A DNA stretch of 62,662 bases, the filler included, from Chiloscyllium plagiosum (taxonomy: Eukaryota): assembly GCF_004010195.1 (NCBI RefSeq). It is 3 parts of one record of this genome, joined end to end, with 100 filler letters (N's around TTAATTAATTAA, not from the genome) between each part and the next. Parts side by side here need not be neighbours in the genome. Positions count along the whole stretch, not along the records: positions 1 to 30,526 come from NC_057711.1; positions 30,627 to 42,288 come from NC_057711.1; 1 more part is not named here. One strand, given 5' to 3'. Position numbers and translations under genes: made by a program. Positions 25,171 through 38,139 of the stretch are shown here, piece after piece (within the stretch, counting starts at the first letter, position 1; each line of letters starts with the position of its first letter). The notes beneath the pieces are model-generated. The model was not told where the DNA came from, made no database searches, and worked only from the letters and a program-made list of their open reading frames with translations.

Positions 25171-25461
25171 CCTGCCTGATGAGATCTGGACAATGTTGTA
25201 ATCTGGCAAACACAACAGCCAATTTACACACAACAATGTGAGAGAGGAGAATCATTCACAGCGATGTTGGCTGATATTGTCCAGGAGATGAGAGGAACTC
25301 TGCCTTATATAAAATAAACAATAGTTTAGAGCCAATCTCTATTGGCACACACTCACATTGATAAAGAATTGAGTATTTCGGGGCAGAATTTAGCTTGCAA
25401 CCCGAATTCCTGAATGCAATTCTCATTGTGAATCGGCAGGAGTAAACAGAATTCCAAATCA

Positions 25462-26372
25462 CATAAGAACGTAAACATTAGGCGCAGGAGTAGGCCATTC
25501 AGCCCCCTGAGGCTGCTATGCCATTCCATCCAGGGCTGATGTGTTCACGGACTCAGCCCCACTCACCCACCTGCTCACCATAATCCTTCATTCCTTTACT
25601 GTTCTAAAACTTACCTTTCCCTTAACAGCATTCAACAAAGGAAGCCTCAACCACTTCCCTGGGCAGGGAATTCCACAGATTCACAATCCTCTGGGTGAAG
25701 AAGTCCCTTCTCAACTCAGTCCAACATCTACTCCCCCTAATTTTGAGGCTATATCTCCTATTTCTAGTCTCACCCGCCAGTGGAAACAACCTCCCTGCTT
25801 CTATCTTATCGATTCTTTTCATAATTTTATGTCTTGAGAAGATCACCATCAACCACACCCCTCATTCTTCAAAATTCCCATGAATATAATCCCAGTTTAC
25901 TCAGTCTCTCCTCATAAGCCAACCCCCTTCAACTCTGGAATCAACCTGGTGACCCTCCTCTGCACCCCCTCCAGTGCCAGTACATCCTTTCTCAAGTAAG
26001 AAGACCAAAATTGCATGCAGTATTCCAGCTGTGGTCTCACCAACACCCTGTACAGCTGCAACATAACCTCCCTGCTTTTAAACTCAGTCCCTTTCGCAAC
26101 AAAGGACAAAATCTCATTTGCCTTCCTAATTACCAGTTGTATCTGCAGACCTAACCTTCTGTAATTCAGGCACAAGGACACCCAAGTCCCTCTGCATAGC
26201 AACGTGCTGCATTTATTCATCATTTAAATAATAGTCCTTTTTGCTGGTATTTCTACCAACTGAATGACCTCACATTTGCCAATATTGTACTCTATCTGCC
26301 AGACCCTTGCCCACTCACTGAAACCTATCTGCATCTCTCTGCACACTTTCGGTATCCTCTGCACAGTCTTGG
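25462..26372 (-). mobile_element. CR1 LINE 3' portion
   Basis: '[28 protein letters not shown]' and 'RRDFFTQRIVNLWNSLP'. Confidence 0.9.
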
Positions 26373-27920
26373 CATTAATACCATTTAAAAAAAAACTCTA
26401 TTTCAGAAACTGAGGCAGCTGAGCCCAATTCTGGGATCCTTTTCCAACTTGTTGGCAGATGATATTTTTCTCCCAGCCGATAACACACAGGCTTTGATAG
26501 AATAATTGTCGGTAAAATTGCTGGATTTGTACGCGGTTGTGCAGTCGTTGAACAATCCTGCCAGTTTTTGTGAAATACCCTCTGGGCTGGAGATCTCATC
26601 AGAGCAGTTGGTTGTGAGCACGGGGACATGTTAATTTGATCATGTCAGTTATCTGGTTTTAATGACTGGAGAGCTAATAGCTGGGCTGGTGGACTGGGGT
26701 TAATGAATTATTCAGGTAACGATCTCTACTGTAAGTCCAGGAGCTGCCAACTGTCTCTTTGCATCAGGATAGTGCAGAGTCAGATACAAAATTTGCCAAA
26801 TGCATTTTCTAACATTAGCCTCATCAGCCACATGCCAGACTTATTCTGTTTGAGTCCCCCTTATGTCTATCACCCCAATACAAGAAACAAGAGATTTTTA
26901 AAAAATTAATTCATGGGACATGGATGTCACTACTTGCCAAATGGATATTGTCCAGGCCATGCTGCATTTGACCATGGACTGCTTCAGTATCTGAGGAGTT
27001 GTGATTGGTGCTGAACATTGTACCATCATCAGTGAGCATCCCATTTCTGACCTTATGATGGAGGGAAGGTCACTGACTATATTTAAAACAGAGATAGATA
27101 AGTTCTTGATCGCCAAGGGGATCAAAGGTTACGGGGAGAAAGTGGTCATGATCGAATGGTGCAGCAGTCTAGATGGGCCAAATGGCCTAATTTCTATTCC
27201 TATGCCTTATGGTCTCTGTCTTGTGATGAAGCAGCTGAAGATGGTTGGATCTAGGACACGACCCTGAGGGACTCCTGCAGAGCTGTCCTGGAGCTGAGAT
27301 GACTGACCTCCAACAACCCCAACCACCTTCCTCTGTGCCAGGGATGGCTCTAACCAGCGGAGAGTTTGCCCCCCGATACCCATTGATCCCAGTTTTGCCA
27401 GGATGCCACATTCGGTCAAATACAGCCTTGATATCAAGGGCTGTCCCTCTCCCCTCCCCTCTGGGATTCAGCTCTTTTGTCCATGTTTGACCCAAGGCTT
27501 TTGTTATGGCCCCAGCTGATACTTGTTTCATTCCTTTATGGGATGTGAATGTCACTGACTAGGCCCAGTATTACTACCCGTCCCTAGTTGCCCCTTGAGA
27601 TGGTGGGAGTGAGCTGCCTTCTTGAACAGTCCACGTGCTGTCGGTAGACCCACAATGCCCTTAGGGTGGGAATTTCAGGATTTTGGTCACCGGACCCTAA
27701 CATGAACTTTGATTTCTCTCCACAGATGCCGCCAGACCTGCTGAGCTTTTCCAGTTATCTCTGTTTTGTGGCTGATTTACAGCATTCACAGTGCTTTCGG
27801 TTTTTATTTGAGCTTTCCCTGAACTGTCCTGACTCCCTTCTAAGACAGATACTAAATTGGCCTCTGATCTCCAAACAGATTTCTTCCAAAACAGCCTGAA
27901 ATGCATTCAAATCTCTGTGT

Positions 27921-28420
27921 NNNNNNNNNNNNNNNNNNNNNNNNNNNNNNNNNNNNNNNNNNNNNNNNNNNNNNNNNNNNNNNNNNNNNNNNNNNNNNNN
28001 NNNNNNNNNNNNNNNNNNNNNNNNNNNNNNNNNNNNNNNNNNNNNNNNNNNNNNNNNNNNNNNNNNNNNNNNNNNNNNNNNNNNNNNNNNNNNNNNNNNN
28101 NNNNNNNNNNNNNNNNNNNNNNNNNNNNNNNNNNNNNNNNNNNNNNNNNNNNNNNNNNNNNNNNNNNNNNNNNNNNNNNNNNNNNNNNNNNNNNNNNNNN
28201 NNNNNNNNNNNNNNNNNNNNNNNNNNNNNNNNNNNNNNNNNNNNNNNNNNNNNNNNNNNNNNNNNNNNNNNNNNNNNNNNNNNNNNNNNNNNNNNNNNNN
28301 NNNNNNNNNNNNNNNNNNNNNNNNNNNNNNNNNNNNNNNNNNNNNNNNNNNNNNNNNNNNNNNNNNNNNNNNNNNNNNNNNNNNNNNNNNNNNNNNNNNN
28401 NNNNNNNNNNNNNNNNNNNN
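27921..28420. other. Assembly gap (500 N)
   Basis: N run. Confidence 1.
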
Positions 28421-29669
28421 AACTTACTAACTGTACCTCCTTATATGGTCATCCAAATAAATGACAAAGATCCATGATCGAAATGATTAGTGGGGCAGAA
28501 TCAGCTCCTGTTCCTGTGTAGTGATGGGACTATTGCAGCTGTTCAGGCATGTCCTCCCTAATGCTGGAATAATGTCAGCTCCCGTCACACTCCACACCAC
28601 AGATCCATACAGATGGATCAATGCCCCCATCTGCTGGAACAGCCCCAGCACTGCACATGAGAGCCAGCCTGTCCAAGCCACAGCACAGAAATGTACCAGT
28701 CTACGCTGGGACGAATACACCACACAGACTTGCTGTTGTGTTGATAGAAGCACAGAGACAGGAGTAGGCCACTTAGCCCACTATCTAATATGGTCATGGC
28801 TGATTAAACACTTACCGTTTACCCACACTACCCCCATAACGTTTGTTACCAACTATACTCAAAAATCCAACCTTTAAAAACTTCTCATTCCTGAATTTTT
28901 TCAATTCCACCATCTGCCACATTGGGGTTCAAACCTGTGCCCCAGAACATCTCCTGGGTTGCTGACAGTTTCAATATCCCACTGCCTTTCCCCCCCCTGC
29001 CGAAGCCTTCCCTATACTCCACTATTCCCTCCTCCATCACAAATGCAGCAAACTTCCCTCAGAAGGATGCCTGGGGACTACTTCAAACACTCCATTCTGC
29101 AGCGGGTTCCACCATGTGGAGAGAAATCCTCAAAGATTCTGTGCTCTTTCCCAGACAACAATTGTAAGTGCTTGCTAGGGAGCTATCGGAGAGCAAGAAT
29201 GGTTCCTGCACACTCACCCGTTTAAATTCTTTCCCAAATTTAAAGGGTCCCCGTTCGGTGCCTTCAACCCCCCCCTCCCACAGTATACAGTCCTAGCTTG
29301 CCATCATTTCCTGGCTGGAGCAGCTGCTCAATGTTAATCATATCTGTGTAATATTTTCCGCAGTATCTCCAATGAAAGCGATTTACTATGATGACTGAAG
29401 CTCCCAATGGTAAAACAAGCAAAGCTGACACGAGAAACAGCACAAATGAGAGCATATAGAAGGCTAAATCAACGTTAGCTTTCAGAGGAGAATTGGTTAA
29501 TTATTTGAAGTGGGAATATTTACAGGACTATGATAATACTGTCTGAGCTGGTCTTACAGACAGTAGGAATCACAGACCTACTCACTTCTGCCTGTGGTGT
29601 AACCGCACTCTGATTCTCTCATTTCACAAATGTCGTCAACACAAACTGGCCTATACTGACGTAGAAACT

Positions 29670-30526
29670 GAACTGGTGACTAGGAAGGAATCAGCGAGGG
29701 GGAACAAGGGGCTCTTCCTCAGGTCGGCAACCTGTAAGCAGTGGGCTTCAGCACTGGGAACCACAACCCTTTACACTATATTACTCACTAGGAGGAAGGA
29801 AGGGAAGGTGCTGGGGCCTAACTCACAGACAACCCAACCATGGCTGGAAAGGGCAACATTTACAGAGAGATACTGAGAGGCTAACTGCGTAGGAAAAAGG
29901 TTGGCAAATGGGATATACTGTGGGAAAATGTGAGGTTGCTCATTTTAGATGGGAGAACAGAAGAACAGAGTATTACTTAAATGGAGGACAAACTGCAGTG
30001 AGCTATAACACAAAGGGATTCGGGGGCTTCTTGTACAGAAAACGCAGAAAGCTAGGACACAGGGACTGCAGGTAATCAGCAAAGCTCATGGGATGGTGGC
30101 CCTTATTTCAAGGGGAGTGAAGGGTAAGAGTGGGGAAGTACAGGGCACTGGGGAGACCACGTCTGGAGCACTGTGAGGAGCTTTGGTCCCTTATTTAGGG
30201 AAAGATATTATTACGTTGGAGGCAGTTCAGAGCAGGTAGGCTGGGATGGTCCCCTGGTGTGGGGAGGGATTGTTTTATCCGGAAAGGTTAAACAGGTTGG
30301 GACTTTACTCCCTGGGGTTTAGAGAATGAGAGCTGATCTCATTCAAACATAGCGGATTCGCAAGGGGTTTGTCAGGGTCGGAGCTGAGAGAGTGTTCCCC
30401 CTCAGGGGAGAGTCTGGGACCAGAGGGTACAGTCTCTGAATAAAGGGGCACCGATGTCAGACTGAGATGGGGAGGAATTCCTTCTCTCAGAGGGTTGTGA
30501 GTCTTTGGAACTCCTTGTCACAGAGA
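29670..30526 (+). mobile_element. Decayed CR1 RT/3' fragment cut by a gap
   Basis: 'ggagaccacgtctggagcactgtgaggagctttggtccc' (RPxLExC..W) and 'gaggaattccttctctcagagggttgtgagtctttggaactcc'. Confidence 0.75.
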
Positions 30527-30626
30527 NNNNNNNNNNNNNNNNNNNNNNNNNNNNNNNNNNNNNNNNNNNNTTAATTAATTAANNNNNNNNNNNNNNNNNN
30601 NNNNNNNNNNNNNNNNNNNNNNNNNN
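30527..30626. other. Artificial 100-bp spacer: N44-TTAATTAATTAA-N44
   Basis: Direct reading; the linker gives stops in all six frames. Confidence 0.97.
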
Positions 30627-31030
30627 CTCATCTTCCGCCTAGGAATCCTCCAACCACAAGGGATGAACTCGGGTTTCACCAGTTTCCTCATTTCCCCTCC
30701 CCCCCCCTTGTCTCAGTCAAATCCATCGAATTCAGCACCGCCTTCCTAACCTGCAATCTTCTTCCCGACCTCTCCGCCCCCACCCCAGTCTGACCTATCA
30801 CCCTCACCTTGACCTCTTTCCACCTATCACATTTCCGACACCCCTCCCCCAAGTCCCTCCTCCCTACCTTTTATCTTAGCCTGCTGGACAAACTTTCCTC
30901 ATTCCTGAAGAAGGGCTAATGCCCGAAACGTCGATTCTCCTGTTCCCTGGATGCTGCCTGACCTGCTGCGCTTTTCCAGCAACACATTTTCAGCTCTGAT
31001 CTCCAGCATCTGCAGACCTCACTTTCTCCT
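30627..31030 (+). mobile_element. PLE 3' end: GIY-YIG C-terminal codons, 3'UTR/pseudo-LTR and hammerhead
   Basis: 'ctcatcttccgcctaggaatcctccaaccacaagggatgaac' = LIFRLGILQPQGMN, then 'cctgaagaagggctaatgcccgaaacgtcg'. Confidence 0.85.
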
Positions 31031-32084
31031 TAGGGTGTGGAAAGCACGGCCTGGAAGTGTAGGGGAGTCATGTTCAATTGAGACATTCAAGAAGGTAATG
31101 GATGATTATTGGAGTAGAAACGTTGTGTAAGAATATGGGGAAAAGGCAGGAGATTGGCACAAGGGGATAGAACTGATGCAGGCAGGATGAGCCGAATGGC
31201 CTCTTTCCGCAGTGTAACTGGGAGCTTGGGGAAGTGGGCACATTCAGGTCCTGCTGGGCCTGTAGTAGCTGATGCAACCAAGCTCTGTCACCCAGGAACA
31301 GAGCACCCCCTCCCCAGTTTATCACCCACTTCCCCCACCTTGGGAAATGGCTCCCATTCCTGGGTTCCTCAGCACCCAGCACATCCACCCTGCCAACACC
31401 AAACCCCACCCCCACCGCCCCCAAATAGCTGCTCCATTTGGATAGAGCACAGCAGTCAGGATGATGCAGCACCCCCTGTCTGTAATACACTGCATGGCAG
31501 GCAACAATACGGCACGCCGGACCCTTGGGAAGCTGCACGGAAAACGTTTCACCTTCAGTCAGCATTAGCCTATTATAACACTCTCTGCTGCTCACCTCAA
31601 CACCACTGAGATGTCCCAGTTCACTTTGCAAACCCCAATGACACGTTACAAATCACCTTTGACTAGCACCTGGTGCCTCAGTACCTTCACTCTGCATGGA
31701 GAGAAAATGGGTAATAAAACGATTACACATTAAATATAGCTGGACTTTGCAAATGGCTGCTTTGTGTATTTATTGTTTCAATGCCTTGGTGTCCCATGGC
31801 ATCCCGCCCCCCCCCCCCCCCCCCCCGTCCCCAAGTCTGTGATGTCCTCTTTTACCTTGCTCTACACTGACAGCCCGTTTCAGCCTGTTGCACATCCTCC
31901 ACCCACCACCAAGTGGAGACTTGCTAGCTGTCCTCCTGCTCCTAAACCCTGACATTACACCCTAATGGTGCCCTCCCTCCCCATATGTCTGAGCTTCCCT
32001 TGTCGAGGTGGTGGTCACACTCAATAACCAGCTCCTCTCCTCTTCCCCTGCCCCCACCAATCTGAACATATTCTCCATGTCTCC

Positions 32085-32590
32085 CTCCTATAGGATGGAT
32101 ACTCTGAAACTTGAAAAGATTTACAAGGATGTTGCCAGGGTTGGAGGATTTGAGCTATAGGGAGAGGGTGAATAGGCTGAGGCTGTTTTCCCTGGAGCGT
32201 TGGAGGCTGAGGGGTGACCTTATAGAGGTTTACAAAATTATGAGGGGCATGGATAGGGTAAATAGGCAAAGTCTGTTCCCTCGTGTCGGGGAGTCCAGGA
32301 CTAGAGGGCAAAGGTTTAGGGTGAGAGGGGAAAGATATAAAAGAGACCTAAGGGGCAACGTTTTCACTCAGAGGGTGGTATGTGTAAGAAATGAGCTGCC
32401 AGAGGAAGTGGTGGAGGCTGGTACAATTGCAACATTTAAAAGGCATCTGAATGGGTATATGAATAGGAAGGGTTTTAATTGGATGTGGGCCGGGTGCTGG
32501 TAAATGGGACTACATTAAGTTACAATATCTGGTCAGCGTGGATGAGTTGGACGGATGGGTCTGTTTCCGTGCTGTACATCTCTATGTCCT
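32085..32590 (+). mobile_element. CR1 (HER1-like) LINE 3' fragment
   Basis: ORF 'KRFTRMLPGLEDLSYRERVNRL...RLRGDLIEVYKIM'. Confidence 0.9.
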
Positions 32591-33659
32591 TTCTTCACCT
32601 TCCTTTTGCTCACCTCTACAAAGGCCTCTGCTTCCCCACCCCTTGCACCCCGTTGCCTGGATTCCCCCATCACTGTGACAGACACCTCCTTGAACATGCC
32701 TCATGGATATTCAGTGTGAGGACCAGACTGATAATGACAAACAGCTCTCCATGTGACTGATTGGTTCCCTGACTGCCCCCTGTCTGCTGCTGCTGGTCCT
32801 ACAGGACTGACCGCTGATCGCTCCCATTGGTCAGTACTGGCATAGTAAAGCTCACCATCTTGAAGCCCATGGATCGTGTGTTGACTGTGTCCCTGTGAGT
32901 GTCTCAATGCAGCAGCATGGAGAGCTCTCGGCTCCAGCTGAGACAGCAATGCACTGAGCGGCGTGCCAGGGTGAGGCAGGAATACTGGGAGCCTGCAGGG
33001 AGGTGCTCAGTCTGTGTCAGCCAGCCTGGGCCCACTCTGTGAGCTGGGGCCTGTCCCTCTGCAAGATGTCTCTCACAATGCCCAGCGAAACTGAGTGAGC
33101 AGCCAGTGGATCAGAGAGTCCTGTGATTGTGGTGACAGGGGTTGGCAAAGACTGGATACCAATGTCAACATGACAGGTGCATGCTGGGCCATGTTTGGAA
33201 TATTGTGTTGCAGAGGTAAGTTGATAAAGGTGAACATGATGTTGAGAGAGATAGACAGAATGGATAGTAGAAATGGCAGAAATGGCTATCACAAGGGAAC
33301 ATAATTTTAAGGTGATTGGACATGTCAGAGGTAGGTTCCTTACGCAGAGTGGTGGGTGCGTGCAATGCATTGTCAGCGATGGTAATGGAGTCAGATACAT
33401 TAAAGACATTTAAACGACTCTTTGATAGGCACAAAATGAAGGGTATGTAGGTTAGTCTGAACTTAGAGTAGGATAAAAGGTCAGCACAACACCAAGGGCG
33501 AAGGGCCTGTACTGTGCTATACTGTTTTATGTTCTAATCACCATGTTGTAGGCCGGACCACTCAAAACATTCTTAAACAATCAGCCCCAGACCATAACAT
33601 CCCAATTTGTTTAGGTAAATGTACAGTGAAAATTACCCAGAGTAAGTTAGCGAGGTTGG

Positions 33660-33859
33660 AAATGTGTTGCTGGAAAAGCGCAGCAGGTCAGGCAGCATCC
33701 AAGGAACAGGAGAATCGACGTTTCGGGCATAAGCCCTTCTTCAGAAATGCCCGAAACGTCGATTCTCCTGTTCCCTGGATGCTGCCTGACCTGCTGCGCT
33801 TTTCCAGCAACACATTTCCAGCTCTGATCTCCAGCATCTGCAGACCTCACTTTCTCCTC
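33660..33859. mobile_element. Palindromic PLE-tail element, 17-bp TSD TAAGTTAGCGAGGTTGG
   Basis: Inverted arms; exact direct repeats at 33643-33659 and 33860-33876. Confidence 0.9.
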
Positions 33860-34321
33860 TAAGTTAGCGAGGTTGGCTACTACGTTTTAAAACTGGCAAA
33901 AGTTTATTCACAAAATTACACAATGAAACACAAAGAATAGAATAAAGAACCCCGACAGAACTCAGTCTATCCAAACTAGACTTAATTATGCTGTTCCGAA
34001 TATACACAACAGTCCCAATAAGCAAACTCCCTTTAAAACCCAGTATAAATGGGACACACGCTTACAGGTTGAAGTTGAAGGGCAGAAAGAGAGAGAGTTT
34101 CCACACAGCTCCCTGTTGAACTTCCCAGTTCAGGACCGAACTAAAACTGCTCAGCTCAGCTAGAGAGCTGACCACTCCCCTTTCATTATACAGGTCACTT
34201 CGAAAGCATGACCACTTTGGCTTGAAGTCTCATCAGTTTACACACAAACAAAACGCCTCTCAAAATCCTTTTCAACTCTGTACCAAGCCAAACTGATTGG
34301 AGCTTGGTCTGGTTTATTACC

Positions 34322-34872
34322 CCCTGTTGGAATATTGCATGCAATTCTGGTCTCCTTCCTATCGGAAAGATGTTGTGAAACTTGAAAGAGTTCAGAAAAG
34401 ATTTACAAGAATGTTGCCAGGGTTGGAGGTTTTGAGCTATAGGGAGAGGCTGAACAGGCTGGGGCTGTTTTCCCTGGAGCATCAGATGCTGAGGGGTGAC
34501 CTTATAGAGATTTACAAAATTATAAGGGGCATTGGATAGGATAAATCGACAAAGTCTTTTCCCTGGAATCGGGAGTCCAGAACTAGAGGGCATAAGTCTA
34601 GGGTGAGAGGGGAAAGATATAAAAGAGACCTAAGGGGCAACTTTTTCACGCAAAGGATGGTGCGTGTATGGAATGAGCTGCCAGAGGATGTGGTGGAGGC
34701 TGGTACAATTGCAACATTTCAGAAGCATTTGGATGGGTATATGAATAGGAAGGGTTTGGAGGGATATGGGCCGGGTGCTGGCAGGTGGGACTAGATTGGG
34801 TTGGGATATCTGGTTGGCATGGACGGGTTGGACCGAAGGGTCTGTTTCCATGCTGTACATCTCTATGACTCT
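34322..34872 (+). mobile_element. CR1 (HER1-like) LINE 3' fragment
   Basis: '[32 protein letters not shown]' and tail 'ctctatgactct'. Confidence 0.9.
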
Positions 34873-35289
34873 GAAAAAAGTCAAGGACAGAGTCTCCTTG
34901 AGTCAAGGAACAGCTTTTAGAAAAAAAAGGGACTAGCTTTGTGACAAAACAAAGGCTTTGGAGAGGGTACAGAAGATGTTTACCAGGATGTTTTAACTAG
35001 AAGGAGAGGTTGGACAAACTTGGATTGTATTCGCTGGAGTGTTAGAGACTAAGGGGTGACCTGATGAAAGTATATAAAATGATGAGAGGTATGCCCCTAT
35101 TCTTACTTTCTCCCCATACCCTTTGATCCCTTTAGTTCTAGGAACTACATCTATATCTTTCTTTGGCTTCAACAGCTTCTTTGGGCAGAGAATTCCACAG
35201 ACTCCCCACTCTCTGAGTGAAGATGTTTCACCTCATAGAGTCATGGAATTATAGAGATATACAGCACGGAAAACATGGTCCAACTTGTC

Positions 35290-38095
35290 CATGTCGATCA
35301 CTTTTCCTAAATTAATCGAGTCCCCTTGCTGTCCACGACACCTCCAATTTTGATGTCATCTGCAAACTTACTAACTGTACCTCCTATGTTCACATCTAAA
35401 TCCTTTATATAAATGACAAAAAGCAGTAGACCCAGCACCGATTCTTGTAGCACTCCACTGGTCACAGGCTTCCAGTCTGAAAAGTAACCCCCCCTCACTA
35501 CCCTCTGTCTTCTACCTTTGAGCCAGTTGGCTAGTTTGGCAGCATTATGTAAAGAAAGAACATAGAACAGTACTACACAGTACAGGCCCTTCGGCCCTCG
35601 ATGTTGTGCCGGCCTTTTATCCTACTCTAAGAACAGGCTAACCTACATACCCTACATTTTACTATCATCCACGCACTCATCCAAGAGTCACTTAAATGTT
35701 CCTAATGTCTCTGACTCTACTCCCACTGCTGGCAGTGCATTCCACACACCCACCACTCTCTGTGTAAAGAACCTGCCTCTGACATCTCCCCTAAACCTTC
35801 CTCTAATCACCTTAAAATTATGCCCCCTCGTGATAGTCTCTAGCTATCCACTCTATCAATGCCTCTCAACATCTTGTACACCTCTATCGAGTCACTTCTC
35901 CCTGTATTCTATGAGATATAACCTTGGTAACCACTCTCCCATGGGGAACCTTGTCAAATTCCTTACTGAAGTCCATACAGATCACGTCCACTGCTCTGCC
36001 CTCATCAATTGTCTTTATTACTTCTTCAAAAAACGCAATCAAGTTAGGGAGACATGATTTACATGCATTAGCCATGTTGACTATCCCTAATCAGTTCTTG
36101 TCTATCTAAATATATGTAAATCCTGTCTCTCAAGTTTCCCTCCAACAACTTGCCCACCACCGAGGTCAGGCTCACTGGTCTATAGTTCCCTGGCTTGTCC
36201 TTACCGCCCTTCTTAAACAGTGGCATCACGTTTGCCAACCTCTAGTCTTCCAGCACCTCACCTGTGACTATCAATGATACAAATATCTCAGCAAGAGGCC
36301 CTGCAATCACTTCTCTAGCTTCCCACAGAGTTCTCGGGTACACCTGATCAGGTCCTGGGCATTTATCCACCTTTAACTGTTTCAAGACATCCAGCACTTC
36401 CTCCTCTGTAATCTGGACATTTTGCAAGATGTCATCATCTATTTCCCTACATTCTATATCTTCCATATCCTTTTTCACAGTAAACACTGATGCAAAATAC
36501 TCGTTTAGTATCTCCCCCATTTACTGTGGCTCCACACAAAGGCCGCCTTGCTGATCTTTGAGGGGCCCTATTCTCTCCCTAGTTACCCTTTTGTCCTTAA
36601 TGTATTTGTAAAAACACTTTGGATTCTCCTTAATTATACTTGCCAAAGCTAGCTCATGTCCCCTTTTTGCCCTCCTGATTTCCCTCTTAAGTATACTCCT
36701 ACTTCCTTTATACTCTTCTAAGGATTCACTCAATCTATCTTGACATATGCTTCCTTCTTTTTCTTAACCAAACCCTCAATTTCTTTAGTCATCCAGCATT
36801 CCCTATACCTACTAGCTTTCCCTTTCACCTTAACAGGAATATACTTTCTCTGGATTCTTGTTATCTCATTTCTGAAGGATTCCCATTTTCCAGCCATCCC
36901 TTTACCTGCGAACATCTGCCCCCAATCAGCTTTTGAAAGTTCTTGCCTAATATTGTCAAAATCAGCCTTCCTCCAATTTAGAACTTCAACTTTTAGATCT
37001 GGTCTATCCTTTTCCATCACTATTTTAAATCTAATAGAATTATGTTCACTGGCCCCCAAGTGCTCCCCCACTGACACCTCAGTCACCTGCCCTGCCTTAT
37101 TTCCCAAGAGTAGGTCAAGTTTTGCACCTTCTCTAGTAGGTACATCCACATACTGAATCAGAAAATTGTCTTGCACTTACTTAACAAATTCCTCTCCATC
37201 TAAACCCTTAACACTATGGCAGTCCCAGTCGATGTTTGGAAAGTTAAAATGCCCTACCATAACCACCCTATTATTCTTACAGATAGCTGAGATCTCCTTA
37301 CAAGTTTGTTTCTCAATTTCCCTTTGACTATTAGGGGATCCATAATACAATCCCAATTAAGATGATCATCCCTTTCTTATTTCTCAGTTTCACCCAAATA
37401 ACTTCCCTGGATGTATTTCCAGGACAGCTGTAATGCTATCCCTTATCAAAAATGCCACTCCCCCTCCTCTCTTGCCTCCCTTTCTATCCTTCCTGTAGCA
37501 TTTGTATCCTGGAACATTAAGCTGCCAGTCCTGCCATTCCTGAGCCATGTTTCTGTAATTGCTATGATATCCCAGTCCCATGTTCCTAACTATGCCCTGA
37601 GTTCATCTGCCTTCCCTGTTAGGCCCCTTGCACTGAAATAAATGCAGTTTAATTTATCAGTCCTATCTTGTTCTCTGCTCTGCCCCTGCCTGCCCTGACT
37701 GTTTGAATCACTCCTTTTCCCAGTTGTACGAGTCTCAGATTGATCCCTTTCCTCAGTATCTCCCTGGGATCTCCCCCCCCACTTCACCTCCCTAATTTAA
37801 ATCCTCCCTGAGCAGCTCAGGCAAATCTCCCTGCCTGTATATTAGTCCCCTTCCAATTTCGGTGCAATCCGTCCTTCTTGTACAGGTCACTTCTACCCCA
37901 GAAGAGATTCCAATGATCCAAAAATGTGAATCCTTCTCCCATACACCAGCTCCTCAGCCATGCATTCATCTGCTCTATCCTCCTCTTCCTGCCCTCTCTA
38001 GCTCGTAGCACTGGGAGTAATCCAGATATTACTACCCTTGAGGACCTCCTTTTTAAATTCCTGCCTAACTTTCTATAATCTCCCTCAGAATCTTA
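35290..38095 (-). mobile_element. Relatively young CR1 LINE (ORF1 esterase end, ORF2 endonuclease and RT), with a nested CR1 tail at ~35560-35885
   Basis: 'LYKKDGLH.NWKG' (SGNH), 'LNCIYFSARGLTGKADELRA', 'PTREGAKLDLLLGN', 'MDFSKEFDKVPH', 'SKFADDIK'. Confidence 0.92.
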
Positions 38096-38139
38096 TCCTT
38101 ACTTACTATCTGAAATGGCCCACCCTCTACCCTTGAACT

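Larger units (their letters stand above)
33544..34946 (-). mobile_element. Possible solo LTR, interrupted by a palindromic PLE-tail element and a CR1 3' fragment
   Basis: Minus strand begins TGTCACAAA and ends CTACAACA (TG...CA) with an internal AATAAA. No convincing TSD. Confidence 0.35.

Noticed and set aside
27857..28477. Long ORFs of 206 and 187 aa
   Set aside because: They are translations through the 500-N gap.
29264..29455. GM2A/ML-domain signal-peptide exon (FHWRYC resembling FSWDNC)
   Set aside because: Similarity is limited to a few residues and no further ML-domain exons were found; kept only as an unassigned candidate.
30571..30582. TTAATTAATTAA palindrome as a biological site
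   Set aside because: It is embedded symmetrically in Ns and repeated identically at 42333-42344, so it is an assembly linker.
31074..31631. 185-aa and 151-aa overlapping ORFs
   Set aside because: They overlap a CR1 tail and C-rich low-complexity DNA, with no splice or domain support.
33626..33862. Recurrent 'MCCWKSAAGQAASKEQENRRFGHKPFF' / 'PEEGLMPETSILL' peptides as a small-protein family
   Set aside because: They are translations of the non-coding PLE tail in both orientations.
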